A stretch of DNA of 64,000 bases. Origin: Sedimentisphaerales bacterium (lineage in GTDB: Bacteria; Planctomycetota; Phycisphaerae; Sedimentisphaerales; Anaerobacaceae). The position numbers and the translations under genes are program-made. Positions 9,783 to 18,674 of the stretch are shown here, piece by piece. A model generated the notes under the pieces. The model ran no database searches and was not told the origin of the DNA. It saw nothing but the letters and a program-made list of their open reading frames with translations. The number at the start of each line of letters is the position of its first letter. The stretch's first letter is position 1. Location: NCBI GenBank assembly GCA_040772485.1, contig JAXGYC010000007.1:288001-352000 (forward strand), in the 5' to 3' direction.

Positions 9783-11255
9783 ATGGTGAAGAACTCGATA
9801 GGCATCGACATTGGCCGCTTCCATCTGCGGGCCGTGCAGATCGCGCAGACCGCCGAAGGACCCCGCATCGAGAGGGTCTTTGGCAAGCCCACGCGGCGAA
9901 GCACAGACCGCCCCGTCGACATGCTGCACGCATTGACGACCGAGCAGGGATTTGACCGGCACGCGGAGGTGACGGTATGCCTTCCCCACCAGGCGATCTT
10001 CTTCGCGGATCTCGAGGTGGACGGCGCCGCCTTGAACCGGCTCCGCGCCGGCGATCCGTCGAGCCTGCGGGATGACTTGCCCATTGTCGCAGAGAAGGCC
10101 ATCGTCCAGGTCTGCTCCACCCGACAACTCCCGAACGGACGGCATTCGGCGCTGGTGGCGACGACGTCAACCGATCTGCTCCGGGAAGAGCTGACACTTC
10201 TGGACGAGGCCAAGATCCACGTGACTCGGATCGAGGCCCCGATCACGGCGGCATGTACAGCGGTCGGCTACAACCATCCGGAGAGCCAGGAGGGAACGGC
10301 GGCCATCGTGATGATCGATGAATCGGTTCTGAGCATGGCGGTGCTTCAGCAGGGAAGCCTGATCATGATCCGGAACATCCCCCTCCAGATCTCCCGCGAC
10401 AGTGACATGGAATCCATCAGTCGGCAGGTGACGGGGTTGGTCGATCGCGAGATCGAGATCACCTGGCGAAGGCTCTTCGGCATCGATGCACAGGCCGATC
10501 TGCGGGTCTTCCTGATCGCATCCTCCGCCACAATCCTGCCCCTGGCCGCCGCGATGCAGGAAGAGATCGGCTGCCAGGTGATTCCGGTGGACCCGTATGC
10601 GTGCGTCGAACACGATGAGACGATTCGTGTCGGCTTTCCCATCTGCGTGGCCGAGGGGCTCGCCCTTCGTCCGCTCCTGCCGCGCGAGGCCGCCCAAGTC
10701 GATTTCCTGCACGCGCATGCGACGCAGACACAAGACGCGTCGGGCCTGAGAAAGGAACTCCTGGTCTGTGGCGGTCTGCTGGCGGCAACGGTGGTCGTGT
10801 GGATTCTGGGGCTGTTTGTTCATCTGTCGCGCCTGGAATCCCAGTACACACACCTCAAGAGACAGATTCAGGATGTGTTCGAGCAGACCTTGCCGGATGA
10901 GAAATGTGTGAACGCTTTGGTCCAACTCCAGCAGAAACTCGATGCCTTCCGCGACGACAGCGGATGGCTGGCGTCGTTCCAGCCGGGGCGGCTGCCCCCG
11001 CTGGAGATTCTGAGCACACTGAGCGTGCATCACCCCACGGACGGGAATCTGGAATTCGATGACGTGTTCATTGCCGGCGATTCCGTCCGCGTGACAGGCC
11101 ACTGCGACTCCTTCGCCACACTCAGCGGATGGCAGCGCCTGCTGGAGGAGATTCCCGGCTTTGAGATCGTGGACCAACCCAACCCCGGCAGAGACGCCAA
11201 GACGGGATCGGTACGATTCACCCTTTCCCTGTCGTCCAGAAAGACGGTGCAGTGA
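9783..11255 (+). CDS. gspL: GspL/PilM-PilN-like assembly protein
   Basis: Actin-like start IGIDIG, single TM, then periplasmic domain; lies between gspK and gspM. Confidence 0.75.
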   Translation: MVKNSIGIDIGRFHLRAVQIAQTAEGPRIERVFGKPTRRSTDRPVDMLHALTTEQGFDRHAEVTVCLPHQAIFFADLEVDGAALNRLRAGDPSSLRDDLPIVAEKAIVQVCSTRQLPNGRHSALVATTSTDLLREELTLLDEAKIHVTRIEAPITAACTAVGYNHPESQEGTAAIVMIDESVLSMAVLQQGSLIMIRNIPLQISRDSDMESISRQVTGLVDREIEITWRRLFGIDAQADLRVFLIASSATILPLAAAMQEEIGCQVIPVDPYACVEHDETIRVGFPICVAEGLALRPLLPREAAQVDFLHAHATQTQDASGLRKELLVCGGLLAATVVVWILGLFVHLSRLESQYTHLKRQIQDVFEQTLPDEKCVNALVQLQQKLDAFRDDSGWLASFQPGRLPPLEILSTLSVHHPTDGNLEFDDVFIAGDSVRVTGHCDSFATLSGWQRLLEEIPGFEIVDQPNPGRDAKTGSVRFTLSLSSRKTVQ

Positions 11256-11813
11256 ATGATCCAATTGACCCGAAGAGAACGACGCCTCGGCATCAGTGTG
11301 GCCGCCGCCTTGGCCGTATGGGGCATCTACGCACTGGCGATCCAGCCCATGCAGGATCGAGTGCAACTACTCCGGCGGATGATCCCGGAGAAACAGAGCG
11401 AACTCCGCGAGGTCCAGGCCAGAAGCGCCGAATACCTCGCGTTCCAGCGTGAATTCGACAAAGTGCAGGAACGCATGGCCCAACAGGATTCGGACTTCCA
11501 GTTGTTGCCATTCCTGGAATCCCTGACCGAGCAACACGGCCTGAAGACGTACCTGGTGAGAATGCAGCAACAGGATGCGCCGGCGGCAAAGCCTGGGTAC
11601 TCCGAAACCATCGTGGAGATCGGGCTGGAGGCAATTCCTCTGCGTCACCTGATCGGCTTTCTCCGCGCGCTGGAGAACTCGGCCGTGGCCGCCCAGGTCG
11701 CCAGCCTTCACATCCGCAAGCAGACGCAGGACAACGGACAGCTCGACGCGACGATCCAGATCAGCGGCCCCAGAACCGTTCAGGCCACAGGCGCCCCCGA
11801 CCGGTCTGTCTGA
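11256..11813 (+). CDS. gspM: Type II secretion protein M
   Basis: LTRRERRL followed by TM, coiled coil and L..FL..LE ferredoxin-like domain. Confidence 0.8.
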   Translation: MIQLTRRERRLGISVAAALAVWGIYALAIQPMQDRVQLLRRMIPEKQSELREVQARSAEYLAFQREFDKVQERMAQQDSDFQLLPFLESLTEQHGLKTYLVRMQQQDAPAAKPGYSETIVEIGLEAIPLRHLIGFLRALENSAVAAQVASLHIRKQTQDNGQLDATIQISGPRTVQATGAPDRSV

Positions 11814-11914
11814 TAGCGTCGCGGCCGCGTCTCGTCCCCTCGCTGCCTGACAGTCGGAGGCGTCACCGGCCGGCGGCTCAACCACTCGGATCGGCCCGGT
11901 CGCTCGGCATGGGG

Positions 11915-11943
11915 TTGCGATAGGGTCTGTCTGATGGTATAGA
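11915..11943 (+). promoter_or_regulatory. Putative sigma70 promoter of the peptidase/ATP-grasp pair
   Basis: TTGCGA-17 bp-TATAGA. Confidence 0.5.
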
Positions 11944-11980
11944 AACCTGCAAGGACGTCCCCCGAACCACGGTGAAACGG

Positions 11981-13012
11981 ATGGCAAGAACGAAGACACA
12001 CAAGACGCGCCGATGGGAAGACTTGCCCGATGAGGAGTTGCTCCAGGTGCGCGTCCGGGACCTCGGACTCCAGATTCCCGGCTCTTGCGTCGAACCCTTC
12101 GTCCGGGAGCTGCACGACGAGTTGGCCGCAAAAGGCATTTCCTGCCACCCGACGTGCTATCTGGCCGACGAATGGCTCACGCCGGACAAGATCCCGACGA
12201 TCGGCATACCGTTCTGCCTGGCCCATCCGCGCCTCAGAAAGCTCGAAGAGACGATGATGTACGAGGTCGAGGGAGGCGATCCGGCGGTCTGTATGAAGCT
12301 GCTGCGCCACGAATGCGGTCATGCGCTCAACTACGCCTACCGGCTCTACCGCCGCACACGATGGCGCCAGATGTTCGGATTGTTCTCCGCCCCCTATTCC
12401 AACTCCTACTCCTATCAGCCGTACTCGCGCCGGTTTGTCCTCCACCTGGAGGACAACTATGCCCAATCGCATCCGGACGAAGACTTCGCCGAGACGTTTG
12501 CCGTCTGGCTCACACCGGACAGCGCCTGGCAAGAGAAGTATAAGGACTGGCCGGTCATCAAGAAGCTCCAGTATGTGGACCACGTGATGCGGCAGATCGC
12601 CGACCGCCCTCCGATCGTGACGTTCAAGGGCCATCCGCCCTACTCGGCCGCTCGCATGACGTCCACCTTGGCGGCCCACTACGAACGCAAACGGCGCATC
12701 CTGGGCACCGAGTTCCAGGGCTATTATGACGATAGTCTGCGGGATTTGTTTGCCGCCGACCGTGCCGCGCATTCCGGGCGCAAAGCCTCCCGCCTGGTGC
12801 GCTCTCATCGGGCCCGACTCGTCAACAACGTCACCCGATGGACCGGCCATCGCAAGTTCGACATTTTCCAGCTCGTGAATCGGCTGGCTGCGCGATGCGA
12901 GGCGCTGGGGCTCTCGGCAGACGGGGGTGATGAAGAGACCATGATCGGCCTGACCGCCATGGTCACGGCAATTGCCAGCAACACCCTGACCGTCAGCAAG
13001 AAACGAAGGTGA
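11981..13012 (+). CDS. Putative zinc-binding metallopeptidase (Peptidase_Mx-like)
   Basis: LRHECGH zincin motif plus YAQSHPDEDFAETFAVWL. Confidence 0.8.
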   Translation: MARTKTHKTRRWEDLPDEELLQVRVRDLGLQIPGSCVEPFVRELHDELAAKGISCHPTCYLADEWLTPDKIPTIGIPFCLAHPRLRKLEETMMYEVEGGDPAVCMKLLRHECGHALNYAYRLYRRTRWRQMFGLFSAPYSNSYSYQPYSRRFVLHLEDNYAQSHPDEDFAETFAVWLTPDSAWQEKYKDWPVIKKLQYVDHVMRQIADRPPIVTFKGHPPYSAARMTSTLAAHYERKRRILGTEFQGYYDDSLRDLFAADRAAHSGRKASRLVRSHRARLVNNVTRWTGHRKFDIFQLVNRLAARCEALGLSADGGDEETMIGLTAMVTAIASNTLTVSKKRR

Positions 13013-14022
13013 GCATGACTCGACGATTGCACATCACAGTTCTGGTGGACCCGGCTACGGTTCCGCCGGACGATCCGGAGTTTCGAGACTCCGAGGGCAA
13101 GACGATCACCGAATACCATGTGTGCCATGCGCTGCGCGGCCTGGGCCACCGCGTCAGCGCCATGGGGGCCGAGTATGACATCGCATCGGTGGCCACGACA
13201 CTGAAGCAGCAGGCGCCGGACCTCGTATTCAACCTGACCGAGCAGTTCTGCGGCGACCGGCAGATGGACAAGAACATCGCCGCACTGCTCGAACTGCTCG
13301 ACATTCCGTTCACCGGCGCCGGCGCGATGGGACTGTTGCTGGCGCGCGACAAGAGGTTGTGCAAGCAGATTCTGCGACTGCACCGCATCCGCGTTCCGAA
13401 TTTTATCTCTCTGCCGTACCGCCACAGGGTGCGCGTACCCGCCAATCTGCCTTATCCGATGGTGGTCAAGCCCGCCTTCGAAGACAGCTCGGAAGGGATC
13501 TCCAACGCATCCCTGGTTTACGACGCGCAGGCTCTGGCCGAACGGGCTGCCTTCATCCACGAACGATGGAATCAGGCGGCCATCGCCGAGGAGTACATCG
13601 AGGGGCGCGAGCTCTATGTCAGCGTCATCGGCAACAAACGTCTGACGGTCCTGCCCGCGCGCGAGTGCTATTTCAACGAGAAGGGCGATCAGGGCCCCGT
13701 CCTGCTGACGTATCGCTGCAAGTGGGACGCGGCATACCGTGAGAAATGGAAGATCGAGTTCGGGTTTGCCGATCTGTCTGGCGGCGTTTTGCAGGGCGTC
13801 GAGCGTGTGTGTAAGCGGGTGTACCGGGCGCTTCAGCTCCAGGACTACGGCCGCATCGACCTGCGTCTGACGCCCGATGAGAAGCTGGTCGTGCTGGAGG
13901 CCAATCCCAATCCCGACATCGCCTACGGCGAGGAGGTAGCCGAGGCGGCCCGAAAGGCCGGCATGAACTACGAGTCTTTCATCGACAGAATCATCCACCT
14001 GGCCTTGAGACGCAATGCATAG
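13009..14022 (+). CDS. D-Ala-D-Ala ligase-like ATP-grasp enzyme
   Basis: DLVFNL, IPFTG, DK..K, VVKP..EDSSEGI, EEYIEGRE, YGRIDLR and LEANPNP; overlaps the peptidase stop. Confidence 0.85.
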   Translation: MSMTRRLHITVLVDPATVPPDDPEFRDSEGKTITEYHVCHALRGLGHRVSAMGAEYDIASVATTLKQQAPDLVFNLTEQFCGDRQMDKNIAALLELLDIPFTGAGAMGLLLARDKRLCKQILRLHRIRVPNFISLPYRHRVRVPANLPYPMVVKPAFEDSSEGISNASLVYDAQALAERAAFIHERWNQAAIAEEYIEGRELYVSVIGNKRLTVLPARECYFNEKGDQGPVLLTYRCKWDAAYREKWKIEFGFADLSGGVLQGVERVCKRVYRALQLQDYGRIDLRLTPDEKLVVLEANPNPDIAYGEEVAEAARKAGMNYESFIDRIIHLALRRNA

Positions 14023-14307
14023 TCGTCTCCGGGCGGCCGATGGTGTCCTCCGGAGGTGTCTTTCGCGGCTGTCTTCCCCGAGCCGGCGGGCTGGCCGATC
14101 GTGTGCCCAGCCGGGCGATCGGGCCCTCGCGGAACGGCACGCAAACCCCCTTTCCAGGCCCAAGAAAAATGCACCGATTTTTGCACAAATGGTATTGCTT
14201 TTCCCCCTTCCAGGCGTACCATGTTGACGCCGTTGGAGGTGGGTTCTCGCGAACCCGTTTTGCAGCGTAGATGGAAATCAACAACTCATTTTTGAAGGTG
14301 TGCGAAG

Positions 14308-14577
14308 ATGTGTGAATCGTGTGGATGTATTCCGTGTGATGCGTGCGGCGCTCCTCTTGCGAATGGAACCTGTGCCGGCTGCGGCGAGACGCCCGACAAC
14401 TGCACGTGCGAGCTGCTCGAAGAGGAACTCGCATACGACGAAGACGAAGACTTCGAGGATGACGACGAAGACCTCGACGACGAGGACGAGGAAGACGACG
14501 AGGATGAGGATGAAGAGGAGGAGGAATACGAGGACGATGAAGATGAAGATGAAGACGAAGACGACGAGGACTGGTAG
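14308..14577 (+). CDS. Small Cys-rich protein with a long poly-Asp/Glu tail
   Basis: 89 aa; 9 Cys in the first 34 residues, followed by an almost pure D/E tail ending in W. Confidence 0.7.
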   Translation: MCESCGCIPCDACGAPLANGTCAGCGETPDNCTCELLEEELAYDEDEDFEDDDEDLDDEDEEDDEDEDEEEEEYEDDEDEDEDEDDEDW

Positions 14578-14922
14578 TCAGTACCCCTGTTAGATCCGAC
14601 GGCAACCGCCGACACGGGGTTGTCGCCTGCCCAAGCCGTTGCGACCCCCCCCTATACCTACCGCACTGCGGGTAGCTTGGTTCGTCTGCCTCCGCCGGCA
14701 AACAGTCTCTGCGCGGCCATCTGGGAAAGGCCATTTTCCCGCCGACAATGACCCGCTTTCTCGGCGCTCTCCTTCGGGAGAGCGCCGCCCCGTCAGCGCC
14801 CCTCGTGACTGCCTTTCCGGTTCTTCAGGGCAACCACATTACCTTCGCCAACGGTACAAGTTCCAACGGAACGGCCCGCTCAGTCTGCGATGCCATTCCA
14901 TTCATCTGTTTCGTGTCGTCAT

Positions 14923-15126
14923 TCAGCAGGGCCGGACGTTGGTCGCCTCCAGACCCTTCCTGCCTTGGGCAGGCTCATACTCGACGGGCTGCCCATCCTG
15001 GAGCGTCTTGAAGCCCGTCCCGGCGATATTGGAGTGATGGACGAACAGATCCTCACCGCCGTCATCCGGGATGATGAAGCCGAATCCCTTCTTCTCACTG
15101 AACCACTTGACAGTCCCCTTTGCCAC
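14923..15126 (-). CDS. Cold-shock protein (CspA family)
   Basis: GTVKWF..KGFGFI (RNP1) and DLFVHHS (RNP2). Confidence 0.95.
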   Translation of the reverse strand: MAKGTVKWFSEKKGFGFIIPDDGGEDLFVHHSNIAGTGFKTLQDGQPVEYEPAQGRKGLEATNVRPC

Positions 15127-15231
15127 TTCGTCTTCTCCTCAGACCCACATGGGCCTTCACTACGGATTCCCTCTTCTGCTCAACAGGCACCCCTTCGAGG
15201 GAAGAAAGGATGCACCTTGACACATAGATAC

Positions 15232-15260
15232 ATATTACCGGCCTCGACGCCGACTGTCAA
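15232..15260 (-). promoter_or_regulatory. Sigma70 promoter of the csp gene, implying a roughly 100-nt 5' UTR
   Basis: Minus strand TTGACA-17 bp-TAATAT. Confidence 0.65.
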
Positions 15261-15395
15261 AAAAAACGCTGCTGCCATCACATAAACGCCAAATCGGGGT
15301 GCCGGGACATCATGGAGGCAAGATCAAAGCAGTCCGGCACTCTCCCGTCCAGCCATCCGGGAGCGCCCCCGGACAAGGGGCCCTGCAATCCCGGG

Positions 15396-15614
15396 TCACG
15401 CCTTCGTCGTGAAGCAGTCCGCGCGCCAGCAGCATTCCTGCCAGGGGCACTGCCCGTTGGAACGGCCGTAACACGGTGTACAGCCTTCTGCTATCTGAAT
15501 GGCGTGAATCAGTTCCACTTTCTTCATCTTGCCGGGTACTATCCCCAACTCCTTGGCCCTGTCCTTGATCTCGGGCATCGTCATCCGCTTCGCTGTTGCA
15601 CTTGCCACTGCCAT
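15396..15614 (-). CDS. Small Rho-N/SAP-like helix-extension-helix protein with a Cys cluster
   Basis: MPEIKDRAKELGI...KKVELIHAIQ.AEG followed by C..C...C....CCWR.DC. Confidence 0.75.
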   Translation of the reverse strand: MAVASATAKRMTMPEIKDRAKELGIVPGKMKKVELIHAIQIAEGCTPCYGRSNGQCPWQECCWRADCFTTKA

Positions 15615-16012
15615 GTTCCTTCTCCAGACATCGGGTCTGAGTTTGACTCCGTTTTCGTATCTCCTCGGTCCGTCAGGCACCGGGCCGGCGTTGCCGTGGC
15701 ATCGGTCCGGTTCCGCCTATATCTTCGGCCGGGAACGCCCCCTTCCTCAGTGGACTTTGCACAAAACCGCCGTCTTTGCCCTCCTCCTTGGGTCTGGCCG
15801 GCCACCGGCGGCATCGAGACAGTTCACCACAGAGCCGTTCCGACGGGATCGCCTCCCAGGCCAGTCGCGCTCTGTGGCTGTTCTTCTGAGACCTTCGTTC
15901 GAACGCACCGGCCTTTTTTCGTTGATCTCAGCGATCGGAAGCACTACCACATGCGATACGATGTTATCGGAGGCAACAGCATGAGCAGCCATTTCGTTCC
16001 GAGGAACCTCCC

Positions 16013-18628
16013 ATGAAGCCACGACAGACCCCAAAGACCAATGACGGGCCACGACGACGAATCCGCAGTTTCCCCGACGTCGTGTTCCGGGCGATGGCAG
16101 GGCTCAGCCTGCTGATGGCAGGCTCGGCGCTGGGCCAGGATTTCGTGCCCTTCGTCATTCCGGCCCAAGTCGATCCGGGACACGTTATCTGGAGGAGGGA
16201 CTGCGAGGCGGTCGCCACCGATTCGGAACGTCTTATAACGCGAGAGGCGCATTTCGAGCACGCCGGCCGCCGCGTGCGCATCTGGGGCGTCAATCTTTCC
16301 TTTGGGGCGAATTTCCCTACCCATGAGGATGCTCCCCATGTGGCACGACGGCTTGCGGCCGCTGGCGTCAACAGCGTCCGATGCCATCACATGGACACGT
16401 CCCGCTGGCCGCGAGGTCTCTGGAACGCGCAAGATGGCCGCACGATTGAGCCGCAGGCTCTGGACCGGCTCGACTACTTCATCAATGAACTGGCCGGACA
16501 GGGCATCTACGTCAATATCAACCTCCACGTGGGCCGCGCCCACAGCGAGTATCTTGATTTGCCCAAGGCCAACCGCGAATACGACAAGATCGCCGGCATC
16601 TTCACGCCGGCCCTCATCGATGCTCAGAAGCAGTTCGCCCGGGAGCTGCTGACCCATGTCAACCCCTACCGTGGGGTTCGCTACGCGGACGACCCTGCGA
16701 TCGCCTTCGTCGAGATCACCAACGAAGACAGCCTCTTCATGTGGGACGCTGAGAACACACTCCGAACGCTGCCGCCGTACTATGCGGAGATTCTCCAGGG
16801 CCGGTTCGTCCGGTGGCTGCAGGACCGCTACAAGGCCGACGAAGCGCTCCGAGTCGCCTGGAGTCGCCGCACGGAACCTCTGGGCCAGACGATGCTGCGA
16901 AACGGAGACTTCCGTCAGAGAGATGACGCCGGAAACCTGCCCCAACACTGGAACCTCGAACGGCACGCGGGCTGTCGGGCCTTCGTCTCACGAACCGCAG
17001 ACGCAATCCGTGTTGAGATCGATCAGGCCGACGAGACCGCCTGGCACCTTCAGTTGACCCAGAGCGGGTTGGCGCTGTCCGAGGGCCGCTACTACACGGT
17101 TTCGTTTGACGCCTGGAGCGATGGAGCACGCGAGATCGGATGCAGTGTGGGCCAGGCTCATGATCCCTGGGCCAACATGGGCCTGTCCAGAACGCTCGCG
17201 CTCAGTGCTGAACGGAAGCGTTTCCGCCTTGGCTTCGTGGCAAGGGCGAATGAGGCAAACGCGCGGGTCAGCTTCGCCCTGAGCGGAGATTCCGCGCCGG
17301 TCCATTTGGCCAACGTCGAGGTCCGCCCCGGTGGGCAAATCGGCCTGGCGGAGGGAGAATCGCTCGCGGACGGCAGTATTCGCCTCTTCCAGGAAAACGA
17401 AAGCCACCGGAGGATACTCGACCGCATGATGTTCCTGGCCGAGACCGAGAAGACCTATTTCGACGAGATGCGCCGCTTCATCAAGAGTGACTTGAGCTGT
17501 GCAGCGATGGTTACAGGCACCATCGTCTTCGGCCCGCTGGGGCTCTGGGCGCAGAGCGATATGGACTTCATCGATTCCCACGCCTACTGGCAACACCCGC
17601 GTTTCCCCGGCCGGCCCTGGGACCAGGGCAACTGGCTGATCGACCAGAAGCCGATGACGGATTACCCAAACGAGGCGACGCTGTTTCGCATCGCCGCCGA
17701 ACGACTCGCGGGCAAGCCTTTCACCGTCAGCGAATACAATCACCCCGCTCCGTTGGACGTCCAGGCCGAATGCGTCCCGATGATCGCGTCGTTCGCGGCC
17801 GCCCAGGATTGGGATGGAATCTGGTTCTACACTTACTCCCACAGCGGCGACAGTTGGGACCGCGAAACGCTCAGCAGCTTCTTTGACATCGACACAAACC
17901 CCGCCAAATGGGGCTTCATGCGGGCGGGCGCCGCCATCTTTCGCGATGCGGCGCTCGCGCCGTTGCAGCCGACTCGTCCCGTGCGGATCGCCGATCCTTC
18001 CAACGAGCTGGCCAGCCTCGCCAGCCTTCATATCCAACACGACCGGAATATGCTCGGGATTCTGACGGAGGCAGGCAACATCACCTACACAGACATGCTC
18101 AAGGCGGTGTATGTGCCCTCGTGCGCTTCCAAGGCGTTCGTGAGCGGAGCGGGCGGCTCACGACGAAGCACGTTGGCATGGTCCGTGGATTCGGCCAGCA
18201 AAGGCCTCTACCATTCGGCCGGTCCGAATGCGCAGGTCTACATCGGACACGCGGAGCGCATCGCAACGGCCACGCGCGGGTATGTCCGCATCAGCGGACC
18301 CGAGTTCGTGGCGCTCACCGTCACGCCCCTGGGCGACGCGAAGCATATCCTCATCACCGCTTGTGGTCGATGCGAAAACACCGGCACGCGGTTCTCCGAA
18401 GACCGTCGGACGGTGGGCCGCAACTGGGGCCAGGCGCCGGTGCAGATCGAGGCCGTTCGCGGGTCGCTCGTCCTGCCGCAGGGACAATGGACCTGCCAGG
18501 CACTGGCTCCGAACGGCTCGCCCAAGCAGCAGGTTTCCATCTCGTATGGAGAAGGCGAGCGCGGGGTTCTCGAACTGTCGCCGAGCTATGCGACCATGTG
18601 GTATCTCCTGGAGCGCAAGACGAACTGA
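16013..18628 (+). CDS. Secreted clan GH-A (GH5-like) glycoside hydrolase with an inserted CBM4/9-like module
   Basis: Signal peptide, WGVN, GVNSVRCHH, LLTHVNPY, EITNED, LRNGDF CBM insert, DSHAYWQHP and KPFTVSEY. Confidence 0.75.
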   Translation: MKPRQTPKTNDGPRRRIRSFPDVVFRAMAGLSLLMAGSALGQDFVPFVIPAQVDPGHVIWRRDCEAVATDSERLITREAHFEHAGRRVRIWGVNLSFGANFPTHEDAPHVARRLAAAGVNSVRCHHMDTSRWPRGLWNAQDGRTIEPQALDRLDYFINELAGQGIYVNINLHVGRAHSEYLDLPKANREYDKIAGIFTPALIDAQKQFARELLTHVNPYRGVRYADDPAIAFVEITNEDSLFMWDAENTLRTLPPYYAEILQGRFVRWLQDRYKADEALRVAWSRRTEPLGQTMLRNGDFRQRDDAGNLPQHWNLERHAGCRAFVSRTADAIRVEIDQADETAWHLQLTQSGLALSEGRYYTVSFDAWSDGAREIGCSVGQAHDPWANMGLSRTLALSAERKRFRLGFVARANEANARVSFALSGDSAPVHLANVEVRPGGQIGLAEGESLADGSIRLFQENESHRRILDRMMFLAETEKTYFDEMRRFIKSDLSCAAMVTGTIVFGPLGLWAQSDMDFIDSHAYWQHPRFPGRPWDQGNWLIDQKPMTDYPNEATLFRIAAERLAGKPFTVSEYNHPAPLDVQAECVPMIASFAAAQDWDGIWFYTYSHSGDSWDRETLSSFFDIDTNPAKWGFMRAGAAIFRDAALAPLQPTRPVRIADPSNELASLASLHIQHDRNMLGILTEAGNITYTDMLKAVYVPSCASKAFVSGAGGSRRSTLAWSVDSASKGLYHSAGPNAQVYIGHAERIATATRGYVRISGPEFVALTVTPLGDAKHILITACGRCENTGTRFSEDRRTVGRNWGQAPVQIEAVRGSLVLPQGQWTCQALAPNGSPKQQVSISYGEGERGVLELSPSYATMWYLLERKTN

Positions 18629-18674
18629 GCCGCATTCCCTTGCCTCGGACAATCTCCATACAAAGGAACGAGTC

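Noticed and set aside
13009..14022. Housekeeping ddl or van-type resistance ligase
   Set aside because: No mur/dcw or van genes nearby and the typical Ddl N-terminal motif is missing, so no gene symbol was assigned.
14286..14615. Poly-Ser ORF on the minus strand
   Set aside because: It is the reverse complement of the GAN-rich acidic tail; the plus-strand Cys/acidic ORF is the coherent one.
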